From: a virus
Taxonomy: Duplodnaviria; Caudoviricetes
DNA length: 64,000 bases
IMG/VR virus record: IMGVR_UViG_3300000439_000009
Coordinates: 42,854-106,853 of that record
Direction: 5' to 3' (one strand)
Position numbers and translations under genes: made by a program. The notes below the pieces were generated by a model. The model saw only the letters and a list, made by a program, of their open reading frames with translations. It made no database searches and was not told the origin of the DNA. Below are positions 37,789 to 47,933 of this stretch, one piece after another; within the stretch, counting starts at the first letter, position 1, and each line of letters starts with the position of its first letter.

Positions 37789-40700
37789 TTATATTCTCAC
37801 CGCCATGTTAGTCTTGTTTATTTTAGCATCCTTTATATTTAAAGCCCGCATTACACCATCTTGTGCCATTTGTGTTATCTGTTTTGGATCGGTTACTCCA
37901 GTTGCATTTACATAAACATTTACAGTTCCGCCATATGCTCCAGTATTTTGATTTGCAGGTATTACCGCTTCTCCTTTATGCAACAAAGCTAATTGATTAT
38001 TTGGAACATATGGTGTTCCTACTTTATATGAAGGAAGTCCTATCTGTCCGCCGTTTGCTAATTTTGGAGTAAACGCTTTAAGATAATCTCCGTACGTTCT
38101 GCTAATTCCTGGTAACATTTTTAAATCACCTTTTTGCATTCGGGCGGCATTGTAAGCTTCAAAAAAATACCCGCTATAAGGATCATTTGGATGAGGTACG
38201 CCAGTAATTTTATATGAAACATTTGGTCCAAATAAACCTTCTCCAAGAACTCCAGTTGGTCTTCCTGCTTCTTCCATATTCAAAATGCCCTGAACTCCAC
38301 CACCTGGTCTCCAATTCATTGCCTTTATTTGTGAAATGCGAGATAGTTCCCAATTACCCATTTGTCGCTCAGCAAAACTTGAATTATCTGCAGCATTTAC
38401 ATACTTCATCAACTGTGTAAGATTTCCAAATGATTTAGGAGTTCCTGGATGCCAAAGATCTCCTACCTTAAGTCCTTTAAGTTGTTCTAAATCATGTGGG
38501 GACATAGCTCTAAAAACTTCAACTCCATGAGGTATTGTTACTTTATTTTCATCTAAAAATTTTGCTATTGCTGCAGCACCAAAATCATTATATGCTGTCA
38601 TTGGATATTGAATAAATTGTTCTACTGCATCAAAACCTTTTAATGAAGAAATTAATGTTTTAACTTCTTGTATTCCTAATTTTGATTCTCCGCCAACTGG
38701 TAATACGCTTGCAAGAACATTAGCAGCAGAAAGAACTTTAGCCTTTCCAGAACTTTTGCTTGAATATAAATTATCCAATGAATTGTTTAATGAAGATAAG
38801 GTATCTTTTAATAATTTAACATTAACACCAAGTGGGGAATTTAAATATTTTTCAAAAGCTGGCGATAAACTGCCCGCACCCGCCGTACTAGTTACTGTAC
38901 TATCTACTGATCCAGGAAGGGAAAGTCCTTTCAACCCACCAACAGTTCCATCTTTAAACTTCTTTGCATTTACAGAATCAAAGAAACCAGTTCCATAATG
39001 TGATACAGCATCTGCTTTAACAACATATTCACCATTTGAAAGATAGGCGGGGATTGAATCTGATGTCGAAGTTCCAGCTCCTCTTATATGACCTCCAGAA
39101 GCTTTTTGAATTACTGGAGTGGTTTGAGTAAAAGCGTCACCCTTTGTGCCGTTTGTATCAGTTACATCATAGCCCCACCATCTTCCCAAAAATGCGCCTT
39201 TTTTATTATAAACATTTCCATTAGGATCAAATATATTTCCAGATGGGTCTGCCCAGCGATGACCAACTTCTGTAGCCATACCAAAAGATATTGTTAATTG
39301 TTGTCCTGCATATTTTTTATAAACAAAACCAGGTATTCCTTCTGGCGGACCATAAGAATAACCTGGACTAGTAATTACTGTACCGTTTGAATCTTTATAA
39401 ATTGGATTTCCAAAGAAATCGTGTCCAGAAGGTTTTACTTTAGGCCCAATAGTTGTAGCTGGGCCTGCTGGGGTAGGCGGCTGATGAGTTTGCTTCCAAT
39501 AATTAATTATATTTGATACATCTTGTGCTATGTTTGCTGCATTTTGTGATATTAATTTTCCAAAACCAGCCATTGCCGATATTGAATCTGCAGCTTTTTG
39601 CGCTGCTGCGCCAACAGTTTGTATTTTTTCTGTAAGATCATTAATTGTTAACTGTAAAGAATCTGATAATGATTGAGTTGTATTTATTTGATTTTGTGCA
39701 TTGTATTGAGCAGTGTTTTGACTTTGTTGTGAAGTTAACTGAGCTGCTTGAATATAATTACCAGATATTTCAGCTTGTTTAATTTGATTTGTTAAATCTG
39801 TCTGTTTATTTAAATAATCATTTTGTTGATTTATTATATTAAGTCTATCTTTTTCAGCTTTTAATGTAGCATCTACAACTTTTTTCTGATCTTGAAGTGC
39901 AGTAAGTTCTTTGTTCATTGCTGCAGTTGCATCTACACCAGCATTTTGAGATTTAATTGATGCTAAATAAGCGTTCATCTCTTTGGTTTTTTGTGCATTC
40001 AAAGCATCAGTTAATGCTTTTTTACTGGTCATAAAATCTGTTAAAGATTTAGCATCTGAATACTTGGTTAATATATCTGATGGATTAATATCATATTGAC
40101 CCAAAGAATTTAATCCTAAGAAAATTGATCTGGCATCAGTTGCGTCTGATATAATTTGTTGAACAGAAGTTAACAGTCCACTCATTTGCGTATTTCCTGC
40201 ATTTTGTGCAGCAAGTTGCAGCAAATGCATTTGTGTACTTGCATCTTGCGTACTTGATGATATGGCTTGCAAAACAGAATTTAATCTATCACCCTGCAAT
40301 TTTCCAGAAGAGATTGCTTCAACCATAGTATAAAGTGAAGATGCATAATTTTTACCATCACTTGTTAAAGATTTATAAGTTTTTGCTGTTACATCTAAAG
40401 CACTAGTTGCATTATTTAAACTATTTAAATATGTCTCTGTAGATGTTTTAAAATCTTTATTATCAGCAATAATCTTCTTTAAAGCAACATCTAGCATATC
40501 TGTTTGACCTGTGTAAGTCAATATTGCAGTTACCATGTCTTTTACTTTTGAAGGATCCATTCCAGAAACAACTTGTGATGAAACATAAGAATCTAATGTA
40601 TTTAATACTTGATCTTTTGGTAGATTCTTTATATAATCAGCTACCTGCCTTGTAGAACTAGATGGTTTTAATTTACTTATATCTTGAGCTAAAAGTTTTG

Positions 40701-43700
40701 GAGTTTTACTTAATTCGTTATTAAACAATGCAATAGTTTGTTGATCACCAGAAAATACTTTTTGCATAATTGCAGCATGTTCTGCTGCATCTCTTTTACT
40801 TTTAGTTAACCACCAAGATAAACCTTTAAGAGCACCAACTGCAATTCCGATTGGAACGGCAACTTCTGGGGCAGCCCCAAATGAGAAAGCTGTTAATCCA
40901 GCACCAAGACCGCCCAATCCAACATTTTTTGCTCCACTTATATCAGTTCCACCAATTTTATTAGGAATAATAGAATTTAATATTTGGGGAATAAAAGATA
41001 AAGCAGTAAATTTTAACATAGGTCCAATTTTTGCCAAGAAACCTAACTTAAACATTCCAGAAAACTTAGAGAAAAATCCAACATCTTTTGCAATTGTTTC
41101 TCCTGCACCTGCAACTGCTCCTGCAGATGATTCTGCAGCAGGTGCAGCCATGCTTCCATATCTCCAAAGGTTTCCTGCATTTTTTAAAATATTTACCCCA
41201 GAAGAAGCTATGCCATAATTAGGTTTTGATGGATTTATTAAACCACCTAATACTCCGCCAGAATTCCAGCCTTTAAGACCTCTTGTATGCGGGGCTTTGT
41301 AGGAATTGTAGTGAACTCCAAGAGACGCTTTCATTCTTCTTGTTTGACCACGATATACGTCTGATCCCGTATACGAATAAACTGGAGATTTTCTGTGATG
41401 TGCTCCTATTGAACCACCTTTAGCAAATCCAGCTTCTGTTCTTAAAAGCTCTAATTCTTTTACAGTAAATTCAGCTTTTCTTAATATTTCATCTTTTATA
41501 GAACCAGATCCAGTTGCTGTGGTTGCTATTTGCTTAAATCTAGTTGCGGAAAGCTTGCCTTTTTTTGTAAGACTTTTTGCCCATTCTGGCAAACTTGCCC
41601 CTTGGGTTTTTCCAGATTCTGAAAATGATGGTCTTCCATTTTTTCTATAAACTATTTCACCTTTAGTTGTTAAGGGATCTCCCTTTTTTGGATTTTTAGG
41701 AACTATATTACCATCTTTATCAGTTGTCCAAACATCACTATATTTTAATATACCTTGGTCTATTGCATCCTGCTGAGTTAATATAGGAGAAGATCTTAAA
41801 GACTTCATTTCTTTTAATGCATCAAAAAGATTATTTGGTCTTCCATTTACTGGAGGTAAAGGAATTTGTCTAAGTCTCTGTATATACTTTGAATAAGCAA
41901 ATCTTTCAAATCCTCCAACATTATCCTTACCTCCAAAAACATGTGTTCCTTGAGATCTTAATGATTTTATTAAATCAGATAAAGCATGACTTAATTGTTC
42001 TTTTGCTGCTGCTGGATCTCCACCTAACATTGCAGCATTCTCAATCATAAGTGCATTTGGATTAACATTATCTTTTAACATCTGCTCTAATGCGTCTGCT
42101 ACTTCGTTACCAGTTACGCCATTATTTGCACTGTTCATTTTTTTATTTAAATGTTCTGGCAAATAAATCATCATTCCACTTAAATCTTCAGTTATATGAG
42201 CTTTTTGTAATTTAGATATATCAGTTCTTCCCAAAGGCGGTATCGGGGATAGCTCTCCTGGTAACATTCTATCTGCTTGAACTGTTGATAAAGTACCATT
42301 TCTAACTGCTCTTCTTACTGCATCTGCAGTTTCTTGTGCAACAGATCCATACATTGATTGACCAGAACTAATTGAACCGCCAATTTTATTTCCACTGTTT
42401 GCACTATTTAACAAATCATAATTTGCTGCAGTTGTTAATGGATCAAATACTGTTTCTCCTGGGGTAAGCATGGCAAGCATTCTTCCTCCAGTAGCAAATT
42501 TAGGCAGTGTTGATAGTCCTGGATTTTTTTGACTTGCTTTTTTATTTAATACAAAGCCTCCAACTGGTACACTTGCTAAAACTGAATCATAATTTATATG
42601 AGAAGGTCCTGGAACAACAGATCCATGCACAGAAGGATCATAAATTGCTCCTCCGTCATTAAATCCTGGAAGCATTCCGCCATTTTTCTTTGGTACAATT
42701 TTAAGTAGTGTCGCACCTTCTTTAGGTAATACAGTTCCAATAGAAGATAATAAACCACTACTCATAGAGGCATTTTGAGCTTGAGCTAACAATCTAAATT
42801 GATCTGTTAATTTAGCAATTTCAGTTCTTAATATTTCAAAAGCTTTAGCGTTTGTAGTAATGGCTTCTGGCATAAGTTCCATCTGATTTCTTGCTGCAAT
42901 TTCTGCTGCATCAAGTTCTTGATAGAAGTTACGCATTCCTTTAATGCCCGCCATAAATGCATTTTGAGTAGGTAATGCTTCCTGCATTCCTTGCCTAAAC
43001 ATTCTTATAGAATTTGCACCTCTAAGAATATTACCTATTAAGTTTGCAAACAAACCAACAAGCATTATAACTGGACCAATTATTATTAAGCCAGCAAAAC
43101 CAGTGCCAAAAACTTTACCTAAAATTCCAGCAACTGGGCCCATCATATTTGCTATACCTTTTATTGCATTATAAATATGGTCTACTGCATTTCCAATTTG
43201 AGTAAATGCTTGCAAGAAAGAACGACCAAGTGGAAGCAAATCAGCTTGTAATGTTGCTTTCATCTTTTGGAATTGTGCTGCTGGAGTTCCAGAAGAAGAA
43301 ACTTGAAGTTCTTGATTTGCTACAGAAGCTAACTGAGCATTTGATTGGTTGTAAAGTTCTAATACTTTAGCACTTTGAGATCCAGCTTTTCCTAAATTAT
43401 CTATAAGAGCTGTTACACGTGCAAACTGGAATTTACCAAAAACCTGTTCGATAGCTTTTAATCTTTGTTCGCTTGGTAATTGACTTAAAGCTGCCTGTAA
43501 TCCAGTTACCATTCCCATAGGATTTCCTTGATTATCTGCAACTATTTGTTTAATATTAATATGCAAAGCTGATAATGCTTTTTGAGCTGCAGTAGTTGGA
43601 TTAATTATTGATGCAAGCATAGATTTAATTGCGTTAGCACCTTGTGCAGCTGGAACACCAGATTCTTTTAATGCAACTAAAAATGTTGTAAAATCTTTAT

Positions 43701-44736
43701 AAGATCCACCCAACTGTTGAATGATAGGACCTACACGTGGAAGTGCATCAACAATATCTTGCATAGTTGTTGAAGTGGAGTGCTTTGCTGCATTAAGAAA
43801 ATTAACGGCATCTCCGATTTGATTTGCTTGCAACTTAAATACATTTTGTAAAGCAACCATTGATGTAGAGGCTTGTTGAGCTGACAAATTACCTAATTTT
43901 TGCAATCTTATTGTAGCTTCAGTTGCTGCTATAAGATTTTGTCCTTCAAGACCAATAGATGAAAATGTTTGTGCGACAGTAACGGTATCTGTCATTGCTA
44001 CACCGAGAGTACGTGCTAGTTTATCTGCTAAAGATGTAACTTGTTTTTGGATTAAATCTAAAGTTGCTTGCGACTGTACTGCTGCGTGTGCTCCATAAAC
44101 TTGAAGCATTTGGGTCATTTGCTTATCAAAACTTAGATACGCTTGAGATGCTGCTGCACCAAACATGGCAAGTGGCATAGTTAAGCCAACTGTTAATTGA
44201 CGTCCCATCCATTGGGTATTTTTACCAAAATCAACAAGTTTCATTGCTCCCTGTTGAAGGGCGGTATTTAATGCTTGTTGTTGAAATACAAGCTTTTCTT
44301 CTGCAGTAACTACACCATTAATATCAGTTACTAGTTTTGCATAGCCTGGTTTCAATGGGTCTGCAACAGCCATTGATCTGTTAAGTCTTGCTTGAGATGT
44401 GGCTAATGCATCAATTTCGGCTGATGTGCCTTTTGCACTATCCCGCCATATTTTATAATAATTTTGTAAACTTAATTGACCTCTTGATAATTGCTGTCCA
44501 AATTTAGCGACACTATCGGTCATAGCTACTTGTTGAATTGTAAACGCACGTGTTGATAATACTGCAGAATCAAATTGTGACTGTGCTGCTTTTATATCAG
44601 ACTGAACACCTGATGTAAATGGACCACCAACAGATGTTTGCTGTAAAGTTGTTAAAGCTGATTTCAACTTTGCAACTTCTGCATACACCTGTTGGAACTG
44701 TGCATTCGCAACGATATTTAGCTGTATATTATTCAA
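37789..44736 (-). CDS. Tape measure protein
   Basis: 2315 aa, helical and A/Q-rich; GKNTQWMGRQLTVGLTMPL and TP901-like core (LKESGV.A..GANAIKS.LAS.INPT); follows the tail chaperones. Confidence 0.92.
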   Translation of the reverse strand: MNNIQLNIVANAQFQQVYAEVAKLKSALTTLQQTSVGGPFTSGVQSDIKAAQSQFDSAVLSTRAFTIQQVAMTDSVAKFGQQLSRGQLSLQNYYKIWRDSAKGTSAEIDALATSQARLNRSMAVADPLKPGYAKLVTDINGVVTAEEKLVFQQQALNTALQQGAMKLVDFGKNTQWMGRQLTVGLTMPLAMFGAAASQAYLSFDKQMTQMLQVYGAHAAVQSQATLDLIQKQVTSLADKLARTLGVAMTDTVTVAQTFSSIGLEGQNLIAATEATIRLQKLGNLSAQQASTSMVALQNVFKLQANQIGDAVNFLNAAKHSTSTTMQDIVDALPRVGPIIQQLGGSYKDFTTFLVALKESGVPAAQGANAIKSMLASIINPTTAAQKALSALHINIKQIVADNQGNPMGMVTGLQAALSQLPSEQRLKAIEQVFGKFQFARVTALIDNLGKAGSQSAKVLELYNQSNAQLASVANQELQVSSSGTPAAQFQKMKATLQADLLPLGRSFLQAFTQIGNAVDHIYNAIKGIANMMGPVAGILGKVFGTGFAGLIIIGPVIMLVGLFANLIGNILRGANSIRMFRQGMQEALPTQNAFMAGIKGMRNFYQELDAAEIAARNQMELMPEAITTNAKAFEILRTEIAKLTDQFRLLAQAQNASMSSGLLSSIGTVLPKEGATLLKIVPKKNGGMLPGFNDGGAIYDPSVHGSVVPGPSHINYDSVLASVPVGGFVLNKKASQKNPGLSTLPKFATGGRMLAMLTPGETVFDPLTTAANYDLLNSANSGNKIGGSISSGQSMYGSVAQETADAVRRAVRNGTLSTVQADRMLPGELSPIPPLGRTDISKLQKAHITEDLSGMMIYLPEHLNKKMNSANNGVTGNEVADALEQMLKDNVNPNALMIENAAMLGGDPAAAKEQLSHALSDLIKSLRSQGTHVFGGKDNVGGFERFAYSKYIQRLRQIPLPPVNGRPNNLFDALKEMKSLRSSPILTQQDAIDQGILKYSDVWTTDKDGNIVPKNPKKGDPLTTKGEIVYRKNGRPSFSESGKTQGASLPEWAKSLTKKGKLSATRFKQIATTATGSGSIKDEILRKAEFTVKELELLRTEAGFAKGGSIGAHHRKSPVYSYTGSDVYRGQTRRMKASLGVHYNSYKAPHTRGLKGWNSGGVLGGLINPSKPNYGIASSGVNILKNAGNLWRYGSMAAPAAESSAGAVAGAGETIAKDVGFFSKFSGMFKLGFLAKIGPMLKFTALSFIPQILNSIIPNKIGGTDISGAKNVGLGGLGAGLTAFSFGAAPEVAVPIGIAVGALKGLSWWLTKSKRDAAEHAAIMQKVFSGDQQTIALFNNELSKTPKLLAQDISKLKPSSSTRQVADYIKNLPKDQVLNTLDSYVSSQVVSGMDPSKVKDMVTAILTYTGQTDMLDVALKKIIADNKDFKTSTETYLNSLNNATSALDVTAKTYKSLTSDGKNYASSLYTMVEAISSGKLQGDRLNSVLQAISSSTQDASTQMHLLQLAAQNAGNTQMSGLLTSVQQIISDATDARSIFLGLNSLGQYDINPSDILTKYSDAKSLTDFMTSKKALTDALNAQKTKEMNAYLASIKSQNAGVDATAAMNKELTALQDQKKVVDATLKAEKDRLNIINQQNDYLNKQTDLTNQIKQAEISGNYIQAAQLTSQQSQNTAQYNAQNQINTTQSLSDSLQLTINDLTEKIQTVGAAAQKAADSISAMAGFGKLISQNAANIAQDVSNIINYWKQTHQPPTPAGPATTIGPKVKPSGHDFFGNPIYKDSNGTVITSPGYSYGPPEGIPGFVYKKYAGQQLTISFGMATEVGHRWADPSGNIFDPNGNVYNKKGAFLGRWWGYDVTDTNGTKGDAFTQTTPVIQKASGGHIRGAGTSTSDSIPAYLSNGEYVVKADAVSHYGTGFFDSVNAKKFKDGTVGGLKGLSLPGSVDSTVTSTAGAGSLSPAFEKYLNSPLGVNVKLLKDTLSSLNNSLDNLYSSKSSGKAKVLSAANVLASVLPVGGESKLGIQEVKTLISSLKGFDAVEQFIQYPMTAYNDFGAAAIAKFLDENKVTIPHGVEVFRAMSPHDLEQLKGLKVGDLWHPGTPKSFGNLTQLMKYVNAADNSSFAERQMGNWELSRISQIKAMNWRPGGGVQGILNMEEAGRPTGVLGEGLFGPNVSYKITGVPHPNDPYSGYFFEAYNAARMQKGDLKMLPGISRTYGDYLKAFTPKLANGGQIGLPSYKVGTPYVPNNQLALLHKGEAVIPANQNTGAYGGTVNVYVNATGVTDPKQITQMAQDGVMRALNIKDAKINKTNMAVRI

Positions 44737-45358
44737 CTAGCGTTATCCTCCACAACATGTCCAAGTCCTATACCAATTCCAAAGCCATCTTGCTGGGCTC
44801 TGTAACCTTTAATCTTGGTTATGTCTTCCTCTTCTTGAGCTTCTTCATCTAAGTCTACGCCTTGAATTGCTGCTAAAAATTTCTTGTCTTGCATATCTTT
44901 TTTACGGACAGCATCAAGAGTAACTAGCAACTCTTCCATGGATAACGATGATTCTAAATCATCAAAGTTTTTCCATATTCCTAAAAGGAAAACTTCAGAT
45001 TCTAAAGAGACGAGATCTAGAGATTCCCAACTAGATTCGCCCCTTGGAAGTTTGGGTCGTCATTGTTCAACTTCAAACCACCTGCTATTTCAAGAATTTT
45101 CATAAGTGTTGGAGTTTCAAAATTATCTTCAAAAAGATCTTTATCAGTTGCAAACTCGGGAGCAAACTGCTCCATGCAAATCATACCAGCAGCAATAAAG
45201 ACATCCATTGCTTTTTCATCTGTGTCTGCTGTGCCGTCTTGAATTGGCTTGATAGCTTGCAAAAATTTTTTTAATTTATTTATTTTTAGTGGTTGTACTG
45301 TAATTACTGTACCGTTTGACAACTTAATCTCAAGTGTGTCATATACTGTTGTTGGCAT
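44733..45358 (-). CDS. Tail assembly chaperone, long (-1 frameshifted, gpGT-like) form
   Basis: A -1 slip at C CCA AAC (45050-45056) enters a frame that stays open through ...ESSWESLDLVSLESEVFLLGIWKNFDDLESSLSMEELL... to the stop at 44733. Confidence 0.75.
45017..45358 (-). CDS. Tail assembly chaperone, short (gpG-like) form
   Basis: 113 aa, between major tail and tape measure. Confidence 0.8.
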   Translation of the reverse strand: MPTTVYDTLEIKLSNGTVITVQPLKINKLKKFLQAIKPIQDGTADTDEKAMDVFIAAGMICMEQFAPEFATDKDLFEDNFETPTLMKILEIAGGLKLNNDDPNFQGANLVGNL

Positions 45359-45410
45359 TTATTCTCCTTAGTTACCTTATACAAATTATATCAAAATGCT
45401 TATTTAAAAC

Positions 45411-45443
45411 ATAAATGCCCCCCTTTTAGTGGGGGACATTTAT
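45411..45443 (-). terminator. Hairpin terminator after the major tail gene
   Basis: ataaatgccccc...gggggacatttat inverted repeat. Confidence 0.65.
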
Positions 45444-45462
45444 TAATTGTCTATATTAAGTT

Positions 45463-46188
45463 TTAGAGAGATGAGTAAACTCTGTCAATGATAACGCCAT
45501 ATTCTGCGCCATCGTACATATCTTTATCATCTGGTAAGCATCGGAACTGAACTGGGAATACAGTTGCACCGTCACGCTTTAATGCGTGAGCAGTGGTCTC
45601 AACCTGTACTACACGACGTGCAACATATACACGCTCTTTTCCAAGAGTTGAAGCATCTACTGGAGAAGCCTCTGTTCCAAGGTTAGCTGGAGCTTGTCCA
45701 ACTGCGACTATAGAACGCTCTACTGGAGCATCACCAAGAGCACCTGCTGCAAGATTAAGTGTTGCGTTCTTGTAACCAGCGGTTGCATTTGATGCTGCTG
45801 TGAATACTGCATCGGACTGACCTGTTGAACCACTATAGGTAACTACAGGATCTGACTGACCGAATACTAAGTGTACGTTTTCAAGAGTACCCTCTGTGAG
45901 TTCTGTCTTAAGCATGACCTTAACAGTCTGCTTGAAAAGTCTAGCTGCGTCCAAAAGTTGATCAACAGTAACTTCACCATAACCTGGCTCGTATGAAACC
46001 TCAAGACCAGTGTTTGTATATCCAACGTCTCTCCAATTTGAAGAGCCATCTAGGTATCCAGCTGCTTTCTGAGCACCCCAAGCTAAGCCTGAGTTGTCAA
46101 TTGTTGTCTGTGGACGATTTGCGTTAGTGCCTGTAGATACGAATACCTGTGCTGCACCAACAATTACGTTTTTTACATTTGCTGCCAT
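45463..46188 (-). CDS. Major tail (tube) protein
   Basis: NVIVGAA, WRDVGYT..GLEVSYEP...V.VDQLLD, LTEGTLEN; position in the module, strong RBS and downstream terminator. Confidence 0.88.
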   Translation of the reverse strand: MAANVKNVIVGAAQVFVSTGTNANRPQTTIDNSGLAWGAQKAAGYLDGSSNWRDVGYTNTGLEVSYEPGYGEVTVDQLLDAARLFKQTVKVMLKTELTEGTLENVHLVFGQSDPVVTYSGSTGQSDAVFTAASNATAGYKNATLNLAAGALGDAPVERSIVAVGQAPANLGTEASPVDASTLGKERVYVARRVVQVETTAHALKRDGATVFPVQFRCLPDDKDMYDGAEYGVIIDRVYSSL

Positions 46189-46277
46189 TTTTTTATTTCA
46201 CCACCTTATTTTTTTTAAAGTTTGGCTTAAATCTTCCTCTTGGTCTAATAATAACATATTAGACTTATAATACGAAT

Positions 46278-46784
46278 TTAGAACCTACCTTTTGAGTCTG
46301 TTTTTCTTGAATAATTATATGAGAATACTACGCTTCCCACTTGATATCCTCCCTCAGTCCCAAATGGTTCTGGGGAGAATACTGAGTCAATCATAATATG
46401 ATGATATATAAAATCTGTATTTCCGCCTAAGTATTTATTTAGATCTACTGCACTTTCATCATACCTTCTAAAAAGGTCTTGGATCAGGTTAGTTATCTGA
46501 TTAATTACCTCATAATTTTGAGATATTACTGTAAGAGTAAAAGATTCTTCTGACATCCACCATTGGACTGGGATTTGCTTTAGATCAAAGTCATAAAGCA
46601 TATAAGTGCGTCCTGGAAGGCTATTATTAAATTCTGGGACCTGTTGAGCAGGTACTATCGGAACAAGAGGATCTGCCATATTATCAACATAATAATCATT
46701 CTCATTAAGAAGATCTGCTTCTTTTATGCTATACCAAATATATTTTCTTATATCTGCTGAAGCCTGGCTATTGTAATTTGTCAT
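46278..46784 (-). CDS. Probable tail terminator protein
   Basis: 168 aa, immediately upstream of the major tail gene (positional call). Confidence 0.6.
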   Translation of the reverse strand: MTNYNSQASADIRKYIWYSIKEADLLNENDYYVDNMADPLVPIVPAQQVPEFNNSLPGRTYMLYDFDLKQIPVQWWMSEESFTLTVISQNYEVINQITNLIQDLFRRYDESAVDLNKYLGGNTDFIYHHIMIDSVFSPEPFGTEGGYQVGSVVFSYNYSRKTDSKGRF

Positions 46785-47506
46785 ACTACCTCTACCTCTC
46801 TTGAATACTGTCTTAATAGATTAACTACGGCGGTAGTAACTTGTGCTGGCCCCGCCTTTTTTTGATCTAAAACTTTTGCAGTTTCATTATCTATTGCCTG
46901 AATAATTCCAGATGAAGAGATAATTGAATTAACTTTTGTAGAATACCACAATTTAAAGAAATGCTCAAATGAACCTTTTACTTCTTTACCACCAGGATTA
47001 TAATTTTTTATTATAGTGCCTGCTGCTACAAATCTTATTGAGCCGTTATCTGGAAGTGGTATATTTTTAGAAGTTCTATATATGACTGGAGAACCAGATT
47101 CCATAACATTTGCTTTATCTCTAAAAACATATTTTGATGCAACTGATTTTCCTGTTTTTCCTGGAATCATTAGTTCAGGAGCAATTGGAACATTTTTTCT
47201 TGATTGTATGAATCCAGTTTTAATTCTTAACGATCCACCTCTTGAAGATTCTTTATATAAGAAAAAAAGCCTTCCAGATTCTAATCCAGTTTTATTCCAT
47301 TCATATACGTGATGATATTTTTTTGGAGTTGCTTTTGCTTGCATATTCATAGCTTTTACAAATGCTTTTGCACTTAATGTAAATATAGCATCGCCTAAAG
47401 CAGTTAAAACTCTTGGGGAAGATAAAGCTTTTATTCCGCCTATTTTTAAATCAAGTTCTGTTTCTATATCAGTTATACTGAAATCACTTGCTTTGAGTGT
47501 TATCAT
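46781..47506 (-). CDS. Neck / tail-completion protein
   Basis: HHVYEW...G...RLF, F..KA.VME.G; position in the connector block; start at ATG 47506 preferred. Confidence 0.55.
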   Translation of the reverse strand: MITLKASDFSITDIETELDLKIGGIKALSSPRVLTALGDAIFTLSAKAFVKAMNMQAKATPKKYHHVYEWNKTGLESGRLFFLYKESSRGGSLRIKTGFIQSRKNVPIAPELMIPGKTGKSVASKYVFRDKANVMESGSPVIYRTSKNIPLPDNGSIRFVAAGTIIKNYNPGGKEVKGSFEHFFKLWYSTKVNSIISSSGIIQAIDNETAKVLDQKKAGPAQVTTAVVNLLRQYSREVEVV

Positions 47507-47933
47507 TTTGGACACGTACCCTTTGCAATGTTATTTCGTAATGTGAAACTTTGCCAAATGGATCTAAAACTGCATGTGAACCTACAACATCAAATGTTGT
47601 ATCTGGATTATCGTATCTATCAATTTCTGTATATACCGATTGACCATCATTAGATTTTATACCAGATATTCTTGAACGCTTTGAAATAGGTTTTAAGCAC
47701 TTCATTTTTAATTCTATACTTTCTATATATTCATTATTTTTACCAACATCAAATTTTTTTCCATCCCCACGCACAGATGCGCCAGAAGATTTAATTGGTG
47801 ATATCTTGCAACGAATAGTTTCTTCATAAACCCATTCTCTAGTTATAACACCGCTAGTTTCAGATTGTTTATTTTGCTGAACTAATATATCAGCTGTCAT
47901 ATTCATTATGCTGCCAACTAATGATACAGACAT
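47484..47933 (-). CDS. Head-to-tail stopper / head closure protein
   Basis: 149-aa beta-rich ORF after the adaptor (G.ITREW...TI.C...DPFG.V.HY...L.R). Confidence 0.65.
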   Translation of the reverse strand: MSVSLVGSIMNMTADILVQQNKQSETSGVITREWVYEETIRCKISPIKSSGASVRGDGKKFDVGKNNEYIESIELKMKCLKPISKRSRISGIKSNDGQSVYTEIDRYDNPDTTFDVVGSHAVLDPFGKVSHYEITLQRVRVQNDNTQSK

